DNA from: Acidobacteriota bacterium
GTDB taxonomy: Bacteria > Acidobacteriota > UBA890 > WLXD01
DNA: 64,000 bases
Assembly: GCA_965205505.1 (NCBI GenBank)
Contig: CBDBHB010000009.1
Span: forward strand, 1,664,001 to 1,728,000
Reading direction: 5' to 3'
Shown: positions 40,052 through 50,052 of the stretch, one piece after another
How the letters are laid out: every line of letters starts with the position of its first letter
Position numbering within the stretch: the first letter of the stretch is position 1
Translations under genes and position numbers: made by a program
Notes under the pieces: generated by a model
The model's input: only the letters and a program-made list of their open reading frames with translations
Databases searched by the model: none
What the model was told of the DNA's origin: nothing

Positions 40052-41872
40052 ATGACGTTTCTGGCGATGGCACAGTGGCAGGCCTGGGTGCTGCTGGCGG
40101 CGACCGCGATCGCGATCTTGGTGATCTTCTTTCTGCGGATTCAGCATCGCCGTATTGTGGTCTCGTCATCGTTCCTTTGGGAGCGCGTACTGGAAAGGCG
40201 TAAGCGGCGCTCGTGGATGGAGCTGCTGAGGCGGTTGATCTCGTTGCTGATTGCGCTCGCCATCGGTTTGTCGCTGGTCATGGTGTTCTCCGAGGCGGAG
40301 CTTGGCGGGGCCGGCCGCACACCGCGAGACATCCGGCTGGTGATCGACATCCGGCCGCACATGGCGGCGCGGATGAGAGATGGGCGCTCGCGCCTGCAGG
40401 CGGCGCGCGACCGCGCTGCCGAGTTACTGGGAGGAGGCTCGGGGGCCGACAGCTTCACGGTCTACGACACCGACGGCCGGCTGATCGCGGCGCGAACCCG
40501 GGATCGGCGAGCGGTTAGCGCGGTCCTCGTCGACGTGCGAGCGATCGGTGTCCGGTTCCTGCTGCCCGATCCGGAACCGGACACCGAGACCTGGGTGGTC
40601 ACCGACGGCGTCGGCATGCCGCCCCTGCCGCCGGACTACCGTGTCGCGCCGGTCTACGAGCCCGCCGTGAACGTGGGCGTGACTTCTTTCGAGGTCCGCC
40701 CTTGGCCATCGGACCCGTATCGCTCCGAGGCGTTTCTGGAGGTGGGTAACTTCTCCGCCGAGACGCAGGAAACGACCATCGTGCTGCGCGACTCCGGCGG
40801 CGTGCAGTTCCGGCGCAGCGTCGCGCTCCAGCCAGATGAGCTGTATCGCAACACTTTCGATCTGAGCCCACTGCAGGGCGGCGTTCTGGAGGCCGAGGTG
40901 CGTACCGACGGCGACGCGCTCGACCTCGACGACAGCGCCTACGTGTTCGTCGCTGAACGGGGTGCCCAGCGGATCGCGGTGGTGAGCCAGCGGCCCTCGT
41001 CGCTGTCGGAGCTGCTTCTGGAGCTGCCGCACCTCGAGCTGACCGCGATGACGCCGGTCCAGTACGAGGATTGGATGACTGGTCTCAGTACCGGCGGAGT
41101 TGGAGGGATGGCACAGGCTGCGGTCCAGCCACCTGCTTTCGATGGATTCATCTTCGAAGGCTACGCGCCTGGCGAGCCGCCACCGACTCCGGCGGTGCTT
41201 TTTGCGCCAGACGAAGTCAGCTGGCTACCGCGGCCACGAGGGGCGGCGCGTGATCTCGTCGTTACGACGACCGATTCGGCGTCCACCATCATGCAATTCG
41301 TTGACCTACACGACGTCAAGGTCGAGCGCGCCGTCCGCGTCGATCCGGGCAGCGCTACGATGCTCGCGGGGGATGCGAGCGTGCCGTTGATCCTCAGTGG
41401 CCGAAGCGAGATCGCACCGTGGATCATGATCACGTTCGCTCTCGCTGACTCCGACTTCGACCAGAGCCTCGGCTTTCCCATCTTCGTTAGCAATTTGTTG
41501 CGATGGTTCCGGCCGCATCTCTCAACCCGCACCGCTGAGCTCGGAGACGTGGTGTTGACGGCCGTCGGAGTGACCGTTGTCGATGTCCTGTCAGACGAGC
41601 CGGTGGCGGTGCGCCGGTCCGGTGAGCGAAGCTATTTCACCGCCTTGCGCCCGGGGCTCTTCATGGCCACGAGCGCTGAAGGTCGCGTACCGATCTCGGT
41701 CGGCGCCGGTGGTCAGGGAACGTCGGCGATCAATCGGAGCGGCCTCGAAGCCGGAAACGAGAATCTCGAGGTGCCGGCAATGGCGCGGCGCCTGTGGCCG
41801 ACGCTGCTGGCGTTGGTGGCGGCACTGCTGGCGCTCGAAGCGCTGACCTATCACCGGAGGATCACCGTCTAG
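40052..41872 (+). CDS. BatA-domain / degenerate vWA membrane protein
   Basis: N-terminal BatA-like double TM, IDIRPHM (degenerate DxSxS), VTDG, NVGVT. Confidence 0.8.
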   Translation: MTFLAMAQWQAWVLLAATAIAILVIFFLRIQHRRIVVSSSFLWERVLERRKRRSWMELLRRLISLLIALAIGLSLVMVFSEAELGGAGRTPRDIRLVIDIRPHMAARMRDGRSRLQAARDRAAELLGGGSGADSFTVYDTDGRLIAARTRDRRAVSAVLVDVRAIGVRFLLPDPEPDTETWVVTDGVGMPPLPPDYRVAPVYEPAVNVGVTSFEVRPWPSDPYRSEAFLEVGNFSAETQETTIVLRDSGGVQFRRSVALQPDELYRNTFDLSPLQGGVLEAEVRTDGDALDLDDSAYVFVAERGAQRIAVVSQRPSSLSELLLELPHLELTAMTPVQYEDWMTGLSTGGVGGMAQAAVQPPAFDGFIFEGYAPGEPPPTPAVLFAPDEVSWLPRPRGAARDLVVTTTDSASTIMQFVDLHDVKVERAVRVDPGSATMLAGDASVPLILSGRSEIAPWIMITFALADSDFDQSLGFPIFVSNLLRWFRPHLSTRTAELGDVVLTAVGVTVVDVLSDEPVAVRRSGERSYFTALRPGLFMATSAEGRVPISVGAGGQGTSAINRSGLEAGNENLEVPAMARRLWPTLLALVAALLALEALTYHRRITV

Positions 41873-41887
41873 CAGGCGGCCTGCTAG
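41869..41887. repeat. Minimal 19-bp MITE relic CTAGCAGGCGGCCTGCTAG
   Basis: Both element termini joined directly; first CTAG contains the upstream stop codon. Confidence 0.65.
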
Positions 41888-41902
41888 GGCGGAAGTCAAT
41901 CG

Positions 41903-44467
41903 ATGCAGATCACCTTCGAACAGACCTGGCCGTTGCTATTGCTTCCCGCGGTAGCCGGCCTGTGGTGGGTGCGGAGGCACACCATCATCGAGTTCCACCC
42001 GCGTCAGCTCGACCTGATGTTGCTGCTCCGGGGAGTGGCATTGGCGTTGGTGATCCTGGCCATGAGCCAGCCTGTGTTGCACCGTTCTGGTTCCTGGCTC
42101 TCGGTCGTCTACTTGCTCGACGTGTCGCATAGCGTCAAGCCGCTGGCGGTCGACGAAGCCATCACGTGGGTGCAGGAGGCGGTCGAGCGCGGCGAGGCAG
42201 ATACTTCCGGCTTTTTCGCCTTTGGCGCCAACGCCGTCGAGGCAGAAGGCGCCGCTGGACTCCGTGAGGTCCGCGTTGCAGATGACTCCGTGCTCGGCGC
42301 CGTCGACCGATCGGCCACCGACCTGGCAGCCGCGATCGAGCGCGGCCTGGCGGCGATGCCCCCGTACCATGTGGCTCGCTTGGTGCTGTTGACCGACGGC
42401 CGCGGCAATCGCGGTGACTTCGATCGTGCCGTGGACCGTCTGCGCCTCGAGGGGGTGCGAACCTACACGCGTACGACGGCAGCGCGCGATCGCGCCGATG
42501 CTTGGATCGACAGCGTCGATTCCGACGACACCGTCACCGCCGGCCTGCCGTTTGCGTTGCGCGTGGAGTTGTTCGCGCAGGTGGCGGTGGAGGGATCGCT
42601 CGTCGTCGCCCAGGACCTCCGCGTGCTGACCTCTGAAGCCGTGCAGTTGTCGCCGGGTGCGACGATCGTGGAGTTGCGGCCGGTGCTCGAGGACGGGGGC
42701 CCCGCGCTTGTCGATGTCGTGCTTCAGGTAGAGGGGGATCCGGAGCCACAGAACAACCTCGTTCAGATCGCACTCTACGCCGTCGAACGCCCCCGGCTGT
42801 TGTACGTGGAAGGACGCAGTGGCACCGTCGATTACCTGCGCGACGCGCTTGTGGAGGGTGGCTTCGAGGTCGATGTCGGCCTTCCCTGGAACCTGCCTAC
42901 TGACGGTCAGCGCTTCGAGCCCTACGCCGCCGTGATCTTGAGCGATGTCGATCCTCGGCTGCTCAGCGTTCCAGCAATGAATGCCATCGAAACCTATGTT
43001 TCCGACTTCGGTGGCGGCCTGGTGCTGGCCGGAGGCGAATCCGTGTACGGCGAAGATGGCTATGCGGACACGCCGGTCGAGCGCGCGCTGCCAATCTGGT
43101 TCAAAGCCGAGCGTAAGCCCAAGGACCTCGCCCTGGTGATCGCGCTCGACAAGTCGTACAGCATGGTCGGCGACAAGATGGCGTTGGCCAAGGAAGCATC
43201 CAAGGCTGCCCTCGATCTACTCGAGGACGACCAGCAATTCGGCTTGCTGGCATTCGACTATCATTTTTATTGGCCGGTGCCGATCCAACTGGCGAACGGC
43301 AAGGCGCGCCTGCGCGAGCGCATCTCAGCGATCGAAGCGAGTTCACCGACCAATATCTACCCGGCATTGCAGGACGTGTTCCTGTCGCTGCAGCAGACCG
43401 AGGCCGAGGTCAAGCACGTGATCTTGCTATCGGACGGCAAGACCTACGAGGATGACTACGAGGGCCTGGTAACCGAGATGACGGAGCAAGAGATTACCGT
43501 CTCGACGGTGGCGGTAGGTGGCAAGGCCGACCGCGAGCTACTCGGCAACATCGCCAGATGGGGTGATGGGCGTAGCTATTTCATCGAGGACCCGAGTCGA
43601 GTACCCGAGATCTTCGTCGAAGAGACCCAGAAGGCGCAGGGCATCACGCTCGAGGAGGACGACGAGGTGCGACCCGAGGTGCGCAAGCCGATTGAAGCCC
43701 TGGCAGGGCTCGAGATGGACACCGCGCCGGCACTGCTGGGCTACGTACGCACGATGGCGAAGGACAACGCCGAGGTCGTTCTCGACACCGGCGACGATGG
43801 CGATCCGATACTGGTGCGCTGGCAATACGGTCTCGGTCGCGCCGTGTTCTTTGCCGCCGACGTCAAGAACCGCTGGTCGGCGCCCTGGCTGGAGTGGGAG
43901 GGGTACGGCAAGTTCTGGGTACAGCTGGTGCGCGAAGCGATGCGGCAGGACGCCTTCAAGCTTCCGAGCTTCACTGTCGTCCGCGATCAGACCGGCGCCC
44001 GAATACGTCTCGAGCTGGTAGACGATTCCGGCCGTTATCGAAATGCTCTTCGTCCCAGCGTGACCGCCACTGTCGGAGATGACGAGTCAGAGATCGAGCT
44101 GGCGCAGGTCGCACCGGGGCGCTACGAGGCGCGCTTGCCATTGTTGCCCGACAGCCAAGCAAGCTTCCGCTGGTCGGATCGTGGGGACGACATCGAGCGT
44201 ACCCTGGTGCCGGTGGTGAGCGAGGAGCGCCGCTACCGTCCGGCCGACGAGGAAGCGTTACGCATTCTCGCCACCGCGACCGGCGGTGTGCATGACCCGG
44301 CACTGGACGAGTTATTCGACGTGGGCGATCAGACCGTTACCCGGCCGTTGCGCTTGTGGCCGGCGTTGGCCGCGCTGGCGCTGCTGCTCTACCTGGCGAA
44401 CATGCTGCTGCGTCGGGTGCGGGTGTTTCGAGACCACGGCAGCATCATAGGCTCGGCCGCCGCATGA
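41903..44467 (+). CDS. Double vWA plus glutamine-amidotransferase-like domain membrane protein
   Basis: LDVSHS/LTDG and LDKSYSM/LSDG MIDAS motifs; WQYGLGR. Confidence 0.88.
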   Translation: MQITFEQTWPLLLLPAVAGLWWVRRHTIIEFHPRQLDLMLLLRGVALALVILAMSQPVLHRSGSWLSVVYLLDVSHSVKPLAVDEAITWVQEAVERGEADTSGFFAFGANAVEAEGAAGLREVRVADDSVLGAVDRSATDLAAAIERGLAAMPPYHVARLVLLTDGRGNRGDFDRAVDRLRLEGVRTYTRTTAARDRADAWIDSVDSDDTVTAGLPFALRVELFAQVAVEGSLVVAQDLRVLTSEAVQLSPGATIVELRPVLEDGGPALVDVVLQVEGDPEPQNNLVQIALYAVERPRLLYVEGRSGTVDYLRDALVEGGFEVDVGLPWNLPTDGQRFEPYAAVILSDVDPRLLSVPAMNAIETYVSDFGGGLVLAGGESVYGEDGYADTPVERALPIWFKAERKPKDLALVIALDKSYSMVGDKMALAKEASKAALDLLEDDQQFGLLAFDYHFYWPVPIQLANGKARLRERISAIEASSPTNIYPALQDVFLSLQQTEAEVKHVILLSDGKTYEDDYEGLVTEMTEQEITVSTVAVGGKADRELLGNIARWGDGRSYFIEDPSRVPEIFVEETQKAQGITLEEDDEVRPEVRKPIEALAGLEMDTAPALLGYVRTMAKDNAEVVLDTGDDGDPILVRWQYGLGRAVFFAADVKNRWSAPWLEWEGYGKFWVQLVREAMRQDAFKLPSFTVVRDQTGARIRLELVDDSGRYRNALRPSVTATVGDDESEIELAQVAPGRYEARLPLLPDSQASFRWSDRGDDIERTLVPVVSEERRYRPADEEALRILATATGGVHDPALDELFDVGDQTVTRPLRLWPALAALALLLYLANMLLRRVRVFRDHGSIIGSAAA

Positions 44468-44548
44468 CCCCGCGTAGCAGCGGTCAGTAGCGTCGCGCGA
44501 GCAGAGCGCGCGCCTACCCTGGCCACTCCGGCAAGGCTTGTTCCCTGT

Positions 44549-45424
44549 TTATTGTCGCCGGATACGCACGGCTCCCTGAAGGGTCTCGATATTGATGTCC
44601 GCGTCGCCGTCGCCAGTGCGGAACGACAGCTCCTGCGAAGGTACCCAGCGGCTGGTCCGGCGCGGTTGTTCGCCGAAGTCGTTGACGATCTCGCCCATCA
44701 TCGTCTCGACATAGAAGTTCGCCGACACGTCGGCGGGTAGCAACACCTCGATGCTGCCATTCACCGCCTCGAAATCGAGCTCGGCTCCTGCGGAGACGGC
44801 GCCCTCGAAGTGAATCTCACCGTTGACGGTCTCGAAACTGCCTGCGATCAGCGACGATGTCTTAGCGACGATCGAGCCGGTCACGCTAGTCAATTCGAGC
44901 ATCGTCGCGTTGCCGGAGTACTCGATCGTTCCCGTGACGGTCTCGATTTCGACAGATCCGTGAACCTGCTCAACGTGTACGGATGTGGTTACACCGTTGA
45001 TCTCCAGTGTGGCGCCGTGCGGCGCGCGGATCTCGAGAATCACGTCAACGTCGTGGTGGTTGCGACCACTCCAGCGTCGCCGGCGATCCTCGTCCTCGCC
45101 GTCGTCGTCCCATTCGTCCCATTCTGCGTAGATCTCCACCGATTCCGGGCCGCCTTCGATGACGAACTCGTCGACGTCGGCGCCAATGGTTCCGGTGACA
45201 AGCAGCTCGTCATTTTCCCACCCGACGACACGGATATCGCCCACGATGATCTCATCGATCTCGATCCATACGTCGGAGTCCACCGGACGCCGGTCTTCGA
45301 TTTGCCGCTGCGCCAGCGCGGTGCCCGGCAAGGCGAGTCCGATGACGAGAGTGGAGATCAGCAGCAGTGGAGCGCTGTGTTCGGCTACGCGGGCGAAGCT
45401 CGTGTGTAGTTTCATCGTGGTCAC
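44549..45424 (-). CDS. DUF4097 beta-strand repeat secreted protein
   Basis: Signal peptide; repeated ETVTG/TSVTG/ETVNG units. Confidence 0.8.
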   Translation of the reverse strand: MTTMKLHTSFARVAEHSAPLLLISTLVIGLALPGTALAQRQIEDRRPVDSDVWIEIDEIIVGDIRVVGWENDELLVTGTIGADVDEFVIEGGPESVEIYAEWDEWDDDGEDEDRRRRWSGRNHHDVDVILEIRAPHGATLEINGVTTSVHVEQVHGSVEIETVTGTIEYSGNATMLELTSVTGSIVAKTSSLIAGSFETVNGEIHFEGAVSAGAELDFEAVNGSIEVLLPADVSANFYVETMMGEIVNDFGEQPRRTSRWVPSQELSFRTGDGDADINIETLQGAVRIRRQ

Positions 45425-45431
45425 TCCTCGT

Positions 45432-46127
45432 TTAGAGACGACTGATCTCCCGTAGGAGGATCACTCGCTTGCGGTACATGTCGGTTAGCTGGATGAGCAG
45501 TCCGGCGTTTGCCGGGTCGCGCTCCAGTGCCGTGCGCGCGGTGGTAATCGATTGGTCGATCGAGCGCAGGCTTTCTTCTACGACGCGGATGGTCTCCGGC
45601 GACAGTTCCGACCGGTGTTCGTCCAGCGCCCGTAGGAGCTCATCGGTGATCTCTTGATAGCTGCGCTCGGCGGCTCGGAACCCCTCCCAGGCGACGGCAA
45701 CAAAATCCTCGGATGGCGCAATCGTGCCGGCCGATTCGTCGAACGCCAGCGGCGCGCGCACCAAGTACGCGGTGATGCCCGAAGACACTGCGACCAGCAG
45801 CATCGCGGCAGCCGCGATCGAGCCGACGCGACGCCAATTGACGATCGTCCACTCGGGGACCCCGGTGTTGTCTCGACGCGCGCCGAACCGCGGACGGACC
45901 ACTTTGAGCTTCTCGATACCGGTGGCGATCCCCGGCCACAAGTCGGTGGCGGGTGCGATCTCCCGCCGCAAGTCGGCCGTGCGCGCCTGCAGCTGGCGTA
46001 CGCGGGTCAGCTCGGCGCGCAGATCGTGCGAGCACTCGAGCAGCTGTTCCAACCGGGTCCGCTTCTCATCCGAGAGCGTTCCGTCGATGAGGTCGTCCAG
46101 GCAGCGGATTGCTTCGTCTTCGTTCAT
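45432..46127 (-). CDS. Anti-sigma factor
   Basis: LDDLIDGTLS zf-HC2-like N-terminus, DLWPGI, single TM; overlaps ECF sigma stop. Confidence 0.8.
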   Translation of the reverse strand: MNEDEAIRCLDDLIDGTLSDEKRTRLEQLLECSHDLRAELTRVRQLQARTADLRREIAPATDLWPGIATGIEKLKVVRPRFGARRDNTGVPEWTIVNWRRVGSIAAAAMLLVAVSSGITAYLVRAPLAFDESAGTIAPSEDFVAVAWEGFRAAERSYQEITDELLRALDEHRSELSPETIRVVEESLRSIDQSITTARTALERDPANAGLLIQLTDMYRKRVILLREISRL

Positions 46128-46684
46128 TGGTTCAACGCCTCCCGCAGTAGCCTCCGGGCTCGGTGCAGCTGTGCCTTCGAAGTTCCGGAGGCAACACCGG
46201 TGAGCTGTGCGATTTCGTCGTGTCTGTAGCCCTCGACGTCGTAGAGCACAAAGATCGTGCGGGCGCCCTCGGGTAGGGCTGCGATGGCCTCTTCCAGGTC
46301 GACCGCGGGGCCCCGGTCGGTGCGATCCGAGAGGTCGGCATGGAAGGAAAGATCCTCCTGCTCGACGGTGCGAGCGCGACGGCGCATTTCACTCCGTCTG
46401 TGGCTGAGCACCACGTTGGCTGCCAGCCGATGCATCCAAGTGGAGAAACTCGCTTCGCCACGGAACGTGTGGAGCTTCTCCCAGGCGCGGATGAAAGGCT
46501 GTTGGGTAAGCTCCTCGGCTTCGGCAGGTCTACCCGTCATGCGAAGGCAGAGAGCGTAGATACGGCCGTTGTTTTCTCGGTACAGCTGCTCGAATGCTGC
46601 AGTGTCACCGCTGGCGGCGCGATCGACCAGCGCGTCTGCGGGGCGACCCGTCATCGGGGCCGATCTGTCTGTGATTGCCTGCAT
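46124..46684 (-). CDS. ECF RNA polymerase sigma factor
   Basis: GDTAAFEQLY, FSTWMHRLA.N, GYRHDEIA...GTSKAQLHRAR. Confidence 0.93.
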   Translation of the reverse strand: MQAITDRSAPMTGRPADALVDRAASGDTAAFEQLYRENNGRIYALCLRMTGRPAEAEELTQQPFIRAWEKLHTFRGEASFSTWMHRLAANVVLSHRRSEMRRRARTVEQEDLSFHADLSDRTDRGPAVDLEEAIAALPEGARTIFVLYDVEGYRHDEIAQLTGVASGTSKAQLHRARRLLREALNQ

Positions 46685-46842
46685 GACATGCCCCGAGTAC
46701 GTGCTCGCGTGGCGTTCACGGTCTTAGACACTCGGGGCGGTCATGGGGTTTGAACGCAGATCGTGCGCTCGCTATGCAAGTTCGGGCGGGATCGTGCGCC
46801 AGGCCGTTGCGGACAGCTGTGGCGATTGTAGAGTACGGCTTG

Positions 46843-46896
46843 CTAGCAGGCCCCAACTCGCCGTAACCAGATCCACCACACTTTCACCATGGTCTG

Positions 46897-46900
<4 letters not shown>
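46843..46900. repeat. Internally deleted 58-bp copy of the CTAG MITE-like repeat
   Basis: CTAGCAGG joined to CCCCAACTCGCCGTAACCAGATCCACCACACTTTCACCATGGTCTGCTAG. Confidence 0.8.
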
Positions 46901-48387
<1,487 letters not shown>

Positions 48388-48476
48388 GGGTCCTCCGGCC
48401 GGCCGGTGAATCTGTCGCCCTTGGGGTACGACTGCTGCCGGGTCGGTCCGAAGCCCTTTTTTCTGGGCGGCCAGCG

Positions 48477-49391
48477 CTACGTACCGCACAGGACGAGGTC
48501 ATCGAGTGCGTTGCGCAGCTGCGGGAAGCGAAACTCGTAGCCGGCCTCCTGGAGCGCCTTGGGGAGCACGCGCTTGCTCCCCAACAGCTCCGCCGAGAAG
48601 CCCCCGAGCACGAGCTTCAGCGCCAGCGCCGGAGCGGGGACGAAAGAGGGCCGATGGAGCACGGCGCCGAGCGTCTCGGCAAACTGTTTCTGTCGCACCG
48701 GGGCGGGTGACGAGGTGTTGAGCGCACCGTGGATCTTGGTATCGAGGCAATGACGGATTATGCCCAGCACGTCGTCCATGTGGATCCACGACCACCACTG
48801 ACGGCCCGAGCCGAGCGGGCCGTTCATCCCTAGCCTGGCGGGCAGCAGCATCTGCTCCAGCGCGCCGCCGCCGCGGCCGAGTACGATTCCTGTACGTAAC
48901 CGGGCAACGCGAACTCCGAGGTCCTCGCCCGCTCGGGCGGCCGCTTCCCAGGCAGCACACACGCCGGCGAGGAAGTCATTCCCGGCGGGGTCCACTTCGG
49001 TGAGCTCGTCGTCGCCGCGGTCGCCGTAGAAACCGATGGCGCTGGCGCTTATCAGTACCGCTGGCCGCGCCGCCGCCGATCGCATCCCCTCGACGAGGTT
49101 CTGTGTGCCCATGATGCGGCTGTCGGAGATTGCCCGGCGCTGCGCTTTACCCCAGCGACCCGCCACCGACTCGCCGGCCAGGTGCACGATCGCGTCAGCT
49201 TCCTCGATGGCACCCGATGGCGCCGCGTCGGCGGACGGCTCCCAATCATAGGCACCGTGAAGCATCGGCAGCCGCTGCTTTGCCGTATCGGCGTTGCGCG
49301 AAAGCGCCGTCACGGTGTGGCCAGCATTTGCTAGCTCTCGACACAGGGCCGATCCGACAAACCCCGTTGCTCCAGTGACCAGGATCTTCAC
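48477..49391 (-). CDS. TIGR01777-like NAD-dependent epimerase
   Basis: VTGATGFVG, HLAGE, SASAIGFYG, GSGRQWWSWIH. Confidence 0.9.
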   Translation of the reverse strand: MKILVTGATGFVGSALCRELANAGHTVTALSRNADTAKQRLPMLHGAYDWEPSADAAPSGAIEEADAIVHLAGESVAGRWGKAQRRAISDSRIMGTQNLVEGMRSAAARPAVLISASAIGFYGDRGDDELTEVDPAGNDFLAGVCAAWEAAARAGEDLGVRVARLRTGIVLGRGGGALEQMLLPARLGMNGPLGSGRQWWSWIHMDDVLGIIRHCLDTKIHGALNTSSPAPVRQKQFAETLGAVLHRPSFVPAPALALKLVLGGFSAELLGSKRVLPKALQEAGYEFRFPQLRNALDDLVLCGT

Positions 49392-49476
49392 GCGGTTCTC
49401 AAGCTGGTTGGTGGCATTCGGCCGACCCGGGGCGTGGTGTTTGACGGGACGCGCGTCGTTGATAGATGTTAAGCGT

Positions 49477-50052
49477 ATGACGCCCCAGGTAAAGGCCAAT
49501 GTCAAACGTTTCCGCAGCGCGCTGGTCTCGCTGGGCGGTACAGCGCGAGTGGTCAATAGCGGTTTTGCGCTCGGAGAGGCGATCGACTCCATCGTCCGCG
49601 CACAACCGGCTCCGCCGGCGCTTCTATACGAACCGTTCGCGCTCGCCGATGAGGTGGGCCTTTACCTGGCGCTGAGAGCGCGAGGCGTCGACTTGGTACC
49701 GGTGCGCGAGGCCGGTGGGCGCACGGCGGAATTGAGCGTCGGTCTGACCGGAGTCGAGCTGGCGATCGCCGAGTCGGGGACGCTGCTGGTCGGCGGCGAG
49801 CCCGGCGGTTGGGGGCTTGCTACCGTGGTTCCATGGGTACATATCGCCGTGCTGCGGGCGCGCGACATTGCCCCCGACATCGCCACCGCGTTCGAGCAAT
49901 TCGAGGCTCGGTTTGCCGCCGGTCAGCGTAACTGGGTCTGGATCAGCGGCCCATCGAGAACCGCCGATATCGTGCAGAAGCTGGTGCTGGGGATTCATGG
50001 ACCCAATGCGTTGCACGCGTTCATCGTCGGCGACGAGGTCGGCCGAACATGA
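49477..50052 (+). CDS. lutC: LUD-domain protein (LutC/YkgG-like)
   Basis: AIAESGT, ISGPSRTADI...LGIHGP. Confidence 0.85.
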   Translation: MTPQVKANVKRFRSALVSLGGTARVVNSGFALGEAIDSIVRAQPAPPALLYEPFALADEVGLYLALRARGVDLVPVREAGGRTAELSVGLTGVELAIAESGTLLVGGEPGGWGLATVVPWVHIAVLRARDIAPDIATAFEQFEARFAAGQRNWVWISGPSRTADIVQKLVLGIHGPNALHAFIVGDEVGRT

